Below are positions 1 to 9,109 of a stretch of 35,285 bases of DNA, piece by piece. Under the pieces are notes generated by a model. That model was not told the DNA's origin, searched no databases, and saw only the letters and a program-made list of their open reading frames with translations. Made by a program: the position numbers and the translations under genes. How positions within the stretch are numbered: position 1 is the stretch's first letter; every line of letters starts with the position of its first letter. The stretch comes from Calditrichota bacterium (GTDB lineage: Bacteria > Calditrichota > Calditrichia > RBG-13-44-9): NCBI GenBank assembly GCA_016934605.1, contig JAFGSO010000172.1:1-35285 (forward strand). The letters run 5' to 3'.

Positions 1-2468
1 TAAATTCTTTCCCAGTTACTCTTTTCACCGGTATAACCACTACTGAGAATTACCGACAGGTGTGGATCTTTGCGAAGTAGTTCTTCAATGAGTTCCAAAC
101 CATTGCGATCTGGAAGCACAACATCAGAAAAAACCAGCCTTATATCTTCTTTCTGCTGATCGTATACTCTAAGCGCCTCGCTATAATTCGAAACAGCATA
201 TACCCTATATCCGTTATTGTTCAAAGCCTGTACAATAAAATCCCTGATCTCGGAATCATCTTCCACAAGAAGAATGACTTCCCCGTTGCCCTGAAAATCC
301 TGCAGTGATAATTTTTCGGCGGTAGCCTCCCCGGCCTCCTTAAAAGTTGCCGGAAAATAGATAGTGAAGGTAGTGCCTTCTTTTAGTTTGCTGTCCACAT
401 TTATCCAACCCTCATGCTGCGAAATAATTCCGTATATTACAGATAACCCCAGTCCGGTTCCCTTGCCAACTTCTTTGGTGGTAAAAAATGGCTCAAAAAT
501 ATGATTTACGATCTCTTCACTCATTCCTTCACCGGTATCCGAAAATCTAAATATTACAAATTTCCCCGGCCTGGATTTCGGAATATTTCGAACATCCGAC
601 TCCGTCAATATTATATTATGAGTATTCAGAGTTATTAAACCGCCCTTCGGCATGGCATCACGGGCATTCACTGCAAGATTCATAATCACCTGCTCGATGT
701 TGCCTTCATCTGCCCAGATTTTCCATAACTTGTTGTTCAAATCAGTTTTTATCTCAATATCCTCCCCGATTACCCTCTCCAGCATCATCAGCATATTTCT
801 GATTATCTCATTAATATTTATCGATGAGGGAGACATCATCTGTTTACGGCTGAAGAGAAGCAACTGATTGGTTAAATTACCGGCCCGCTGAACCGATTTT
901 TGAATCTGTTTCATATTACGTTCCAGCATATCCAGATCCCGGATATTCATCAGGGAAAGATCGGTATATCCTTTGATACTGGTTAACAGATTGTTGAAAT
1001 CATGAGCCATACCGCCCGCCAGAGTTCCGATGGCCTCCATTTTCTGCGCCTGAAGCAGCTGAGCTCTCATATTTTCCTGTTCGTTTTCCAGCTCTTTATG
1101 ACGACTAATGTCGGAAGTCGTCCCGATCATCCTGTAAGGCTCTCCTTCTTTATCCGTCAGAAAAGTTCCACTTACCTGAAACCACTTGATCCGTCCCTCA
1201 CGGTGTAACATCCGATAGGACACCTCCAGATGATTAGTCCTGCCCTTAATGTAATCTTCTACTCTCTGTCGCACCAGGGTCAAATCATCCGGATGAACAT
1301 GTTTTATCCAGCTTTCAATATTATTTTCAATTTCATAATCATCATAACCGAGCAATGCCTTCAGGATAGGATCTATAAAAATCTCACCGGTTTTCATGTC
1401 CCAGTCCCATACTCCAACACTACCGGCTGTTGTGGCCATTTTATATCTTCGTTCACTCTCCCATAAGGCCTCTTCTGCATTTTTCTTTTCGGTAATATCT
1501 TCATAGCTACCAAACAAACCTATGACCTCCCCATTTTCATTTATCAGGGGGATTTTGGTTGTTCTCAGCCACAGTTGTTTCCCGTTCTCCCTTACCTGCG
1601 GCTCCTCATAGTTGATCTTAGAAATGTTTTTTGCTATAATTTCTTGGTCATCCGACCGATATAGCGGAGCAGTTTCCTTCCAGGAAAGTTCAAAATCATT
1701 TTTCCCGATAATTTCCTCTGGTGAGTTCAAACCTGCATCGGTTGCGAAAGCTTTGTTACATCCGAGATAACGAAATTTTTTATCCTTCCAGAAGAGTCTC
1801 ACCGGAATCGTATCCATAACCAGCTGTAACATCTGCCGGGATTCCTGAAGATCTTCCCGGATCTTTTTCAGGTTCCGCTTTGTTCGCAAGGAACTTATTG
1901 CATAAGTCAGATTTCCGGCAATATTTTGAAATAATTTGATCTCGATATCATGAAATAATTCCGGTTCTTCAGAATAAATAGCAATTAATCCCAGTAATTT
2001 GAAATTTTCTCTAAGTGGAATGATTATAAAAGACTTAAAATTATATTTTTGGGCAAGCCTAGTCAATTTTTTATCCGGGACTCCGGAATTAATTTTCCAG
2101 TTAATAACTGAAATTTCATCCTTGAAAACATCTTTGATTCTACTCAGATCCCCCAGTAACGAACCCTTCTCCTGTATGAATTCATTGAATTGTTTCTCTG
2201 AGATTCCAGATGAAATTTGACGAATATCTTCTTCAGAACCTTCACTTTTAATTATTGCTATACAGCAGAATTTATAAATCTCGGATCCGGCCACTTTTTG
2301 ACAAACTTCAACTAGTACTTTATCTTCATCTTCAATGGCTGGAAGTACCATCGGGCTTTCCAGGAAAAGTCTGAGAACCCTGAACCAGCGAATGTTGTAT
2401 TCGCCGGGAAAGATATTTTCCTGAAATCCAATAAGCTGTTCTTTATTTATTTTTTGGTTACTCATCAT
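1..2468 (-). CDS. Cytoplasmic hybrid sensor histidine kinase (GAF-like, PAS-PAC, PAS-PAC, HisKA, HATPase, REC); 3' end runs off the window
   Basis: Not in the ORF track because it has no stop inside the window. Starts ATG ATG at 2468/2465 (MMSNQKINKEQ...). Frame spot-checked at several points: PAS 'GCNKAFA...GKNDFEL...WLRTTKIPL', PAS 'VGVWDWDMKTGE', H-box 'QKMEAIGTLAGGMAHDFNN' (~990-1045), 'MNLAVNARDAMPKGG', 'FEPFFTTKEVGKGTGLGLS', and receiver 'VILSSGYTGE' at the window edge. Confidence 0.93.
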   Translation of the reverse strand, partial: MMSNQKINKEQLIGFQENIFPGEYNIRWFRVLRLFLESPMVLPAIEDEDKVLVEVCQKVAGSEIYKFCCIAIIKSEGSEEDIRQISSGISEKQFNEFIQEKGSLLGDLSRIKDVFKDEISVINWKINSGVPDKKLTRLAQKYNFKSFIIIPLRENFKLLGLIAIYSEEPELFHDIEIKLFQNIAGNLTYAISSLRTKRNLKKIREDLQESRQMLQLVMDTIPVRLFWKDKKFRYLGCNKAFATDAGLNSPEEIIGKNDFELSWKETAPLYRSDDQEIIAKNISKINYEEPQVRENGKQLWLRTTKIPLINENGEVIGLFGSYEDITEKKNAEEALWESERRYKMATTAGSVGVWDWDMKTGEIFIDPILKALLGYDDYEIENNIESWIKHVHPDDLTLVRQRVEDYIKGRTNHLEVSYRMLHREGRIKWFQVSGTFLTDKEGEPYRMIGTTSDISRHKELENEQENMRAQLLQAQKMEAIGTLAGGMAHDFNNLLTSIKGYTDLSLMNIRDLDMLERNMKQIQKSVQRAGNLTNQLLLFSRKQMMSPSSININEIIRNMLMMLERVIGEDIEIKTDLNNKLWKIWADEGNIEQVIMNLAVNARDAMPKGGLITLNTHNIILTESDVRNIPKSRPGKFVIFRFSDTGEGMSEEIVNHIFEPFFTTKEVGKGTGLGLSVIYGIISQHEGWINVDSKLKEGTTFTIYFPATFKEAGEATAEKLSLQDFQGNGEVILLVEDDSEIRDFIVQALNNNGYRVYAVSNYSEALRVYDQQKEDIRLVFSDVVLPDRNGLELIEELLRKDPHLSVILSSGYTGEKSNWERI

Positions 2469-2821
2469 AATCCATTAATAAAAAACCGTCTTGATATTCA
2501 CTGACAAAACCCCTTATCAGAATGTTATATGGTTATATAATATACATATTTATCTGAGTTTTGCAACCTCAAGTTTGCCTGCTTTAAAATCTTTGGATCT
2601 TATAAAATGTTTTTAAAACATCTGGTTTTGCAAATTTGAAAAAAGATGATAACTACTAGCTGATTTAGGAATTTGGTACAAGGTCTATCCAGAAATTTCA
2701 CCGATCCAAATATCTGTTTATGATAATTTTTATTGTATATCTTCCCCGGAAAGCTCCTCCCGCTGGAACAATGATTTCGGAAAAATCCAACCAGAAATTT
2801 TTGCTTTAGCACAATTGATCA

Positions 2822-3766
2822 TCACGCTGTTATGCTCAACCGGACATCATCAATATAAATTTCTACAGGCTTTTTCAGTTCAACAGAGAATAAGCCAAAA
2901 CCAAAAATGTCGTCTAATTGCATCCGACGGTTCAGGGGTGCCTCCCGTACTTCATCTAGCGAGATACTGATATGGTTCCAGCCGGGAATCAGTTTAAACC
3001 TTTTATTGAATCGGTCCTCATATTTCTCTCCTGTCATTACATGTAAGCGGTCATGAATACGGCAGGTAATCTGGATATGCTCGTTTTCAGTGTTATAAAT
3101 ACTGAACTTTAAGTAATTATACTCACTCCAATCCTTTGGAAAATACTTGAGAAAAATCCCGGAATACTTTTCTGTTGTTAGAAGAACTCTGCAAGAAAAA
3201 TCCCCTTTACAGACTGGATTATTCGAAATAGACATCCGGTTATCTGATTCCCAGCGTTTCAGTTCGGACTTTCTCTCAAAATCCGAAAAAATGGGGAATT
3301 CCTGATATGCTCGGTATTCATCCCTCAACGAGCTTACGGGGGCCATTATTTCCAAAAAGATGAGAAATATCAGGAGAATCCTTGCTGCTAATAAATTTTT
3401 CTGTGAAAATTTGCTTAACCTCTGTGAAAAAAACAGCCAGCCGGCCAGAGCGCCTAACGTATTTCTCCAAAGATCACCAAATTCAGCAATTCTGGAAAAA
3501 TGAACCTGAATCCATTCAATACCCAGACCTGAAAAAAAACTTATGAGAAAGACCAGTACAAGTTGAAAAAAAGGATCTTTTTTCTTCAAGTATCCCCATT
3601 TATGCAACAAAACGGCAGTCAAAAAAGTATAGAATATTATGTGTCCCAGATTCCAGGCACTTTTGAAGGATCTGCTCGAATGATAATCAGGACCACCGAA
3701 AAAGAGAAGAACGGCAAATACGATAATTATCAGATATATAAGAGCATCGAAATAACGATTTTTCAT
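2822..3766 (-). CDS. VanZ-like membrane protein with a C-terminal soluble beta-rich (carbohydrate-binding-module-like) domain
   Basis: About 4-5 hydrophobic helices with the VanZ pattern 'NLGHIIFY...GLGIEWIQ...R..EFGDLWRNTLG'. The C-terminal ~160 aa ('SDFE...DWSEYNYLKFSIYN...PGWNHISISL...IYIDDVRL') resemble galactose-binding-like CBM folds. Confidence 0.75.
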   Translation of the reverse strand: MKNRYFDALIYLIIIVFAVLLFFGGPDYHSSRSFKSAWNLGHIIFYTFLTAVLLHKWGYLKKKDPFFQLVLVFLISFFSGLGIEWIQVHFSRIAEFGDLWRNTLGALAGWLFFSQRLSKFSQKNLLAARILLIFLIFLEIMAPVSSLRDEYRAYQEFPIFSDFERKSELKRWESDNRMSISNNPVCKGDFSCRVLLTTEKYSGIFLKYFPKDWSEYNYLKFSIYNTENEHIQITCRIHDRLHVMTGEKYEDRFNKRFKLIPGWNHISISLDEVREAPLNRRMQLDDIFGFGLFSVELKKPVEIYIDDVRLSITA

Positions 3767-4010
3767 GCCAGATTACCGGGTTTATCAAATAAATATGTTA
3801 AACGCAATCGGTTTATAATAAACTGCACCCATGGGCCAATATAAGTTCCTCCGGAAGTCTTTGAAAAATAATTTTCAATATCCATTGTACTTTACAACAG
3901 CCTATAGTCTGACTTATATTCTGAAATGCAAAATTATTTTTGAACTTTTAATCTGAAATTCGGTAATAAAAATATTAATTATTTCACAACTTCTATTAGT
4001 AGTCAAAAAA

Positions 4011-6851
4011 ATGAAGCAATTTTCACTGATTATTTTTCTGATTTTATCCCTTTCCATTTTCTTGCCGGAAAAATCTGAGTCACAATGGTATTATTACGGA
4101 CGGAATAAAGTTCAATACACAGATTTCGAATGGCATGTTCTTAAAACAGATCATTTTGATATTTACTATTACCCTGAGATGGCAGAGCTCGCGGAAAAAG
4201 GAGCCGCATTCGCAGAGGAGAGTTATCGCTATCTGGAAAACAAATTTAATTTCACAATTAACAGGCGGATCCCGCTCATCTTCTACAGTTCCCATCTCCA
4301 TTTTCAGCAAACCAATATAACCCCTTACTTTGTGCCGGAAGGAGTCGGCGGATTTTTTGAATTTCTAAAGGGTCGGGTTGTTATACCGAGCGATGGAAAC
4401 ATCAACCAGTTCCGTAAAGTCATTTTCCATGAACTGGTGCACGTTTTCATGCATAGTAAGATTTATTTCGAAAACAAAGAACATTCTCGATTTGAGGGTA
4501 CTTATCCCCCGCTCTGGTATGTGGAGGGACTTGCAGAATACTGGTCCTCTGAATGGGATGCCCAGGCGGAAATGGTGATAAGGGATGCTGTTTTGAACAA
4601 TTATATTGTTCCGCTTTCCAATATGTATCAGATAAACGGAACCTTTATGATGTACAAGGAAGGTCAGGCTATTCTCACCTACATAGCCAACACCTACGGC
4701 GAAGAAAAAATTCTTCAATTGATGGAAGAGATCTGGAAATATGGAAAATTCTCAGATGTTTTTCAGGAGGTTGTTGGAAAAACCTATGAACAGTTCGATC
4801 AGGAATGGCTGTATTATCTGAAAAAAAAGTACTATCCCCTTATGGAAGACAATGATTTTTCAAAAATGATAACGTATTCGGTTGTCACACGGGGATATAA
4901 CTTTAAACCGGCTTATTATAAAGATGTCAACGATGAGGAATATGTTGTGTTTTTCGGAAACCGGGGCGGTTACTCAAATATCTATATTAAAGATCTACGT
5001 CCTTTCCGGCTGGAACAGAAAGAGAAAGCGGAAATTCTGGTTAAGGGAGAAAGAACTCCGGATTTTGAATCACTCCATCTTTTTTCCAGCAAAATTGATG
5101 TTGATAAAGCAGGGAATCTTACATTTTCCTCCAAGAGTGGTGAGAATGACGCCCTCTACATTTACAGCATACCGGAGCGTCGGGTGCTAAAAAAACATCA
5201 ATGGTCGCAGATTGTCGCAATTTCCTCTCCATCATTCTCTCCGGACGGACATAAAGTCGTCTTTGCAGGAGTGGATTTCAGCGGAAAACAGGATCTTTAT
5301 ATTCTGGATCGGAATGAAAATTATTTAATCCGTTTAACCGATGATTTTTATGAAGATAAAGCTCCTTCTTTCTCTCCGGACGGACGAAAAATCGTTTTTT
5401 CTTCCGATAGAACCATGCATGGGAAAGACTGGTGTTACAACCTCTTTATCTACGATCTGGATACAGACCTGATACATTATGTAACATACGGCCGATTTCA
5501 GGACGAGACACCGGTCTGGAGTCCTGATGGTCAATATATCGCATTCACATCCAACAGGGATACTTCTTTGAATTTGTGGATAGCAGATTTATCTGACATA
5601 CAGGACTGGGAAATCGGATTTTATGATCGGGTAAAGCTAAAACAGATTTCCCGGTTTATTAATGCTGCTTTCGATCCGGAATGGACAGACGATAACCGTT
5701 TACTTTTTACTGTTTATGAGAACAATCGTTTTGAGATCCGAATGATGGACAAAATTAAAGAAAAAAGTGACTCCACTCAGTCCATTGTCAAGAATGAAAA
5801 AATGTTCGGACATCGCCAGTGGAAATATAATCGTGTTCCCGGAAGCAAAATACAATCGAAACTACGCTATCAGAAAAAATATGATCTTGATATTGCTCAG
5901 GCCCAGGTCAGCCAGGATCCGTTCTGGGGGACCACCGGTGGAGCGGTTTTTGCATTCACGGATATCCTGGGAAATGATCAATATTATTTCATGCTGTACA
6001 ACAATGCTCAGAGTCGAGGTGATTTTTTCAAGAGTTTTAACGGAGCAGTTACCAAAGTTTCTCTGGAAAACCGCCTTAATCACGCCTATGGCCTTTTCCG
6101 CTTTTCAGGAAGATATTTTAATTATAAAGACGGCTATTTCTATGAAGATAGGGTTGGAGGATTCTTTACCCTCAGCTATCCATTCTCACAATATAACCGA
6201 ATGGAATTTAATACCAACCTGAGTTATTCGGATAAGGATGTTATTGGACTGGACAGACGACATGCCATTATCACTTCCAATTCAATATCTTTTGTATCGG
6301 ATAATTCCATATGGTGGTATACCGGTCCCATGGAAGGTCATCGATATAATATTTCTGTGGGCAATACCTACGATTTGAGATGGTCGAATGTCAACTATTA
6401 CACATTCAGAGCGGATCTCAGACAGTATACCCGTCTCGCACCCCGGCTGAGTCATGCCATCCGTGTACTCCTGCTATATAATGAAGGGAAAGATTCCCGC
6501 TGGTACTATCTTGGGGGAAGCTGGGATCTGCGGGGATACCGGCAATGGTCTATCCGCGGGGAAAAAATCTTTTTTTTATCCAATGAACTAAGATTCCCAT
6601 TTATCGATTACATCGGTATTAAATTTCCATTCCTGGGTCTTGGTTTTCGGGCCATTCATGGAGCACTTTTCCTCGATGCAGGGAATGCATGGAATGACGA
6701 GTGGAATGGTTTGCTGGGAAGTACCGGTTTTGGTTTTCGCATGAATTTCGGAGGATTTCTGGTACTCAGACTGGACATTGGTAAAAAAACTGATTTCAGA
6801 GAATTTACTTCCGATTGGTTTACTCAATTCTTTTTTGGATGGGATTTCTGA
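4011..6851 (+). CDS. Omp85-superfamily outer-membrane protein with N-terminal peptidase-MA-like (HExxH) domain and PD40/TolB-like beta-propeller
   Basis: Signal peptide; HELVH (aa140-144, nt 4428-4442) followed by 'PLWYVEGLAEY'; PD40 repeats 'PSFSPDGHKVVF', 'PSFSPDGRKIVFSSDR', 'PVWSPDGQYIAFTSNR'; Omp85 barrel motifs 'LGGSWDLRGY' (VRGF/Y equivalent, aa840-843) and 'FLDAGNAW'; C-terminal beta-signal ending 'FFFGWDF'. Confidence 0.88.
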   Translation: MKQFSLIIFLILSLSIFLPEKSESQWYYYGRNKVQYTDFEWHVLKTDHFDIYYYPEMAELAEKGAAFAEESYRYLENKFNFTINRRIPLIFYSSHLHFQQTNITPYFVPEGVGGFFEFLKGRVVIPSDGNINQFRKVIFHELVHVFMHSKIYFENKEHSRFEGTYPPLWYVEGLAEYWSSEWDAQAEMVIRDAVLNNYIVPLSNMYQINGTFMMYKEGQAILTYIANTYGEEKILQLMEEIWKYGKFSDVFQEVVGKTYEQFDQEWLYYLKKKYYPLMEDNDFSKMITYSVVTRGYNFKPAYYKDVNDEEYVVFFGNRGGYSNIYIKDLRPFRLEQKEKAEILVKGERTPDFESLHLFSSKIDVDKAGNLTFSSKSGENDALYIYSIPERRVLKKHQWSQIVAISSPSFSPDGHKVVFAGVDFSGKQDLYILDRNENYLIRLTDDFYEDKAPSFSPDGRKIVFSSDRTMHGKDWCYNLFIYDLDTDLIHYVTYGRFQDETPVWSPDGQYIAFTSNRDTSLNLWIADLSDIQDWEIGFYDRVKLKQISRFINAAFDPEWTDDNRLLFTVYENNRFEIRMMDKIKEKSDSTQSIVKNEKMFGHRQWKYNRVPGSKIQSKLRYQKKYDLDIAQAQVSQDPFWGTTGGAVFAFTDILGNDQYYFMLYNNAQSRGDFFKSFNGAVTKVSLENRLNHAYGLFRFSGRYFNYKDGYFYEDRVGGFFTLSYPFSQYNRMEFNTNLSYSDKDVIGLDRRHAIITSNSISFVSDNSIWWYTGPMEGHRYNISVGNTYDLRWSNVNYYTFRADLRQYTRLAPRLSHAIRVLLLYNEGKDSRWYYLGGSWDLRGYRQWSIRGEKIFFLSNELRFPFIDYIGIKFPFLGLGFRAIHGALFLDAGNAWNDEWNGLLGSTGFGFRMNFGGFLVLRLDIGKKTDFREFTSDWFTQFFFGWDF

Positions 6852-8017
6852 TGAAACTGGCAATTCGGATGAATAAATACAAAATATTTCTACTGGTTTT
6901 ATCATTATCGACGGGATGTATTTTGTCCTGCAGCGGACTTATCAAATTAAAGGTCTCTGAAGAGGAACTGAGCTCAGACCAGGAAAAATGGACAACTGTA
7001 TTCTCATCCAATAACCGGCATAATTCGGTGGATTCAGACCTCATTCCCCCGTACCGGATCGCCTGGAGGAAAGGATACAAGTCTGTTATAACAGATCAAC
7101 CCCTGGCTGTGGCAGACCATCTGATATTTACCACCCGGAATGGAAACCTGGCTTTCCTGAATATATCCAAAGGTCAGATGCTTGGCGATGGACGGATTGC
7201 CCCTGGATTCGACCATGCCCCCGTCATTGAAAATTCCACTTTATTCTACGGCGCCAGTCTGGGAGAAAAAACTCTGGTAGCTTTGAATATGTTGAACCTG
7301 AAAAAAATCTGGGAAACCAAACTGGGACATGTTTATACCTCTCCTGTGATATGGAAGGAAAATATATACGTCGGGACCAATAATAATAAAATAGCAGCAG
7401 TGAATAAGAACAATGGTGAAAAAATCTGGCAATTCGATGCTGGCGCTTCTCCGGTTGGAATACCTGCAGAAAATGAGGGAAGATTATTTTTTTCTGATAT
7501 TCAGGGAAATCTGTATTGTCTGGATGCGGAAAGTGGAAAGGAAATCTGGAGAAAAACTCTTGAAACGAATGTATACAGCGGACCTGTAATTGCTGACGGG
7601 CGCTTATTCATCGGAACAACTGCCGGAACATTCTTCGCATTTTCTGCTGACTCTGGTAAGTTTTTATGGAGGACGCAAACTGAGGGTGCCATCTTTGGAC
7701 ATGCCTCTTACAGAGACGGTGTGGTTTACTTTGGAAATAATGCTCATGCAGTTCATGCCCTAAGGGCAGAAGATGGTAGTAAATTATGGAGTTTCAAAAC
7801 AGGCGGTATTGTAAATACAACACCTCTGGCCGGCAGAGAATATATATATGTTCTCTCCTGGGATAAAAAACTGTATATAATTTCCAGATTGGATGGTGAG
7901 GAGGTTTATCATATGGAATTTAATAAACCATTCAAGTCATCGCCGTTGATATATCGGAATAAATTGATTATACACACCGCAAATGATGATATCATTTGTT
8001 TGGAAAGCAGGGAATAG
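6851..8017 (+). CDS. PQQ-like beta-propeller repeat protein (BamB-like), probable lipoprotein
   Basis: Start reassigned to ATG 6851, which overlaps the upstream stop (TGATG); ATG 6869 is an alternative. Lipobox-like 'ILSC'. About 8 PQQ/BamB repeats ('AVNKNNGEKIWQF', 'CLDAESGKEIWRK', 'FSADSGKFLWRT', 'ALRAEDGSKLWSF'). Confidence 0.85.
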   Translation: MKLAIRMNKYKIFLLVLSLSTGCILSCSGLIKLKVSEEELSSDQEKWTTVFSSNNRHNSVDSDLIPPYRIAWRKGYKSVITDQPLAVADHLIFTTRNGNLAFLNISKGQMLGDGRIAPGFDHAPVIENSTLFYGASLGEKTLVALNMLNLKKIWETKLGHVYTSPVIWKENIYVGTNNNKIAAVNKNNGEKIWQFDAGASPVGIPAENEGRLFFSDIQGNLYCLDAESGKEIWRKTLETNVYSGPVIADGRLFIGTTAGTFFAFSADSGKFLWRTQTEGAIFGHASYRDGVVYFGNNAHAVHALRAEDGSKLWSFKTGGIVNTTPLAGREYIYVLSWDKKLYIISRLDGEEVYHMEFNKPFKSSPLIYRNKLIIHTANDDIICLESRE

Positions 8018-8030
8018 CAGAGGAATGAAA

Positions 8031-8795
8031 ATGAATAAATTAATCCTCATAATTTTGTTATTATCCTCTCTGGCCTGGGCCGGGGGACAAAAAATTGCCC
8101 ATTTGACCATATACTCTTCATCCGACGATATTGAAATCAGATTGAATTCGGCATTGCTTGGAAAAACGCCCATCCAAAAGCTCAGTCTGCAGGAAGGTCA
8201 TTATATCATAGAAGCTGTCAACAAAAATTCTGGTGTCTGGAGTGCTGAAAATGTTACCCGTGATATATTTCTTCAGAAAGGACAGGATACTACCATATAT
8301 ATTCATTTTCCTAAAATGGTGAAAATAAATTCCGTGCCCTATCACGCCAAACTGACACTGGATGACCAGTTCATCGGTCTCACACCGGCAACACTTGAAT
8401 ATGAAACCTACCGGGGGAAAAAATTCCTGCTCGAGAAATCCGGATATAAACCGGCAACTTTTGTTTTGGAGAATGACAAACCGCAGTTTTATACACTTGA
8501 ACCACTGGTTTTGAACAGGAATGAGGAAGAGAAACATTCATTCAGTCATTCACTTTTCCAATCGAATCTCAAAACAAAATTTTTATTCCTGACAGGAACC
8601 GTGGTAACGCACTGGCTTGCTTTTTATCTGAAAAATGAAGCGGATGATAATTTTGAGAAGTACTCTGTTACCGGCAATCCTGTTTTGATGAAAAAATACT
8701 GGGATAATACGCAAAAATATGATAGATGGTCCGATATTTCTCTGGGTGTATCTTATGCCTTGCTCGGTGGGTTAATATATACTGTAATCAAATAA
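8031..8795 (+). CDS. PEGA domain-containing exported protein
   Basis: GAGGA RBS at 8020-8024 supports ATG 8031 (the track starts at 7983). Signal peptide 'MNKLILIILLLSSLAWA'; two PEGA-like modules ('LNSALLGKTP...LQEGHY', 'INSVPYHAKLTLDDQFIGLTP...LEKSGY'); two hydrophobic segments at the C-terminus. Confidence 0.75.
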   Translation: MNKLILIILLLSSLAWAGGQKIAHLTIYSSSDDIEIRLNSALLGKTPIQKLSLQEGHYIIEAVNKNSGVWSAENVTRDIFLQKGQDTTIYIHFPKMVKINSVPYHAKLTLDDQFIGLTPATLEYETYRGKKFLLEKSGYKPATFVLENDKPQFYTLEPLVLNRNEEEKHSFSHSLFQSNLKTKFLFLTGTVVTHWLAFYLKNEADDNFEKYSVTGNPVLMKKYWDNTQKYDRWSDISLGVSYALLGGLIYTVIK

Positions 8796-9074
8796 AGTTT
8801 TGTAGTATAAATAAACAAATTCTGAAAATGATATTTATAACTTCCGATTTACACCAAAAATTTCATCCCGTAGGTGATCCACCAAGAAGTAATCCCATCA
8901 GGAGAATCCATTTTTACTATCAGTTAATCATTCCTATTTAAATATGTATGGCCTGTGCTTGGCATGATTAAAGGAATGATATCATATAATCTCTGAATTT
9001 ATAAGGTAAGTATTAACATTTTAATAATTTTTCAGAAGTTTTTCATATAAAGAAAAAACTCTTCAAAAAAAGAC

Positions 9075-9103
9075 TTGACAAGGTTAGGATTTTTATGTAT
9101 TTT
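9075..9103 (+). promoter_or_regulatory. Sigma70-type promoter
   Basis: Perfect -35 TTGACA (9075-9080), 17-nt spacer, -10 TATTTT (9098-9103), A-rich UP-like tract upstream; predicted start about 9110. Confidence 0.7.
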
Positions 9104-9109
9104 TTGATC

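Noticed and set aside
652-2220. Four short + strand ORFs (652-867, 1002-1208, 1230-1466, 1999-2220)
   Set aside because: Antisense shadows of the minus-strand hybrid kinase at 1-2468.
2600-2812. 70-aa minus-strand ORF between the VanZ and kinase genes
   Set aside because: No recognisable motif or convincing RBS; likely the kinase promoter region, though a small protein cannot be fully excluded.
8726-8941. 71-aa + strand ORF
   Set aside because: Overlaps the PEGA gene end out of frame, has no RBS and has low-complexity AT-driven composition.
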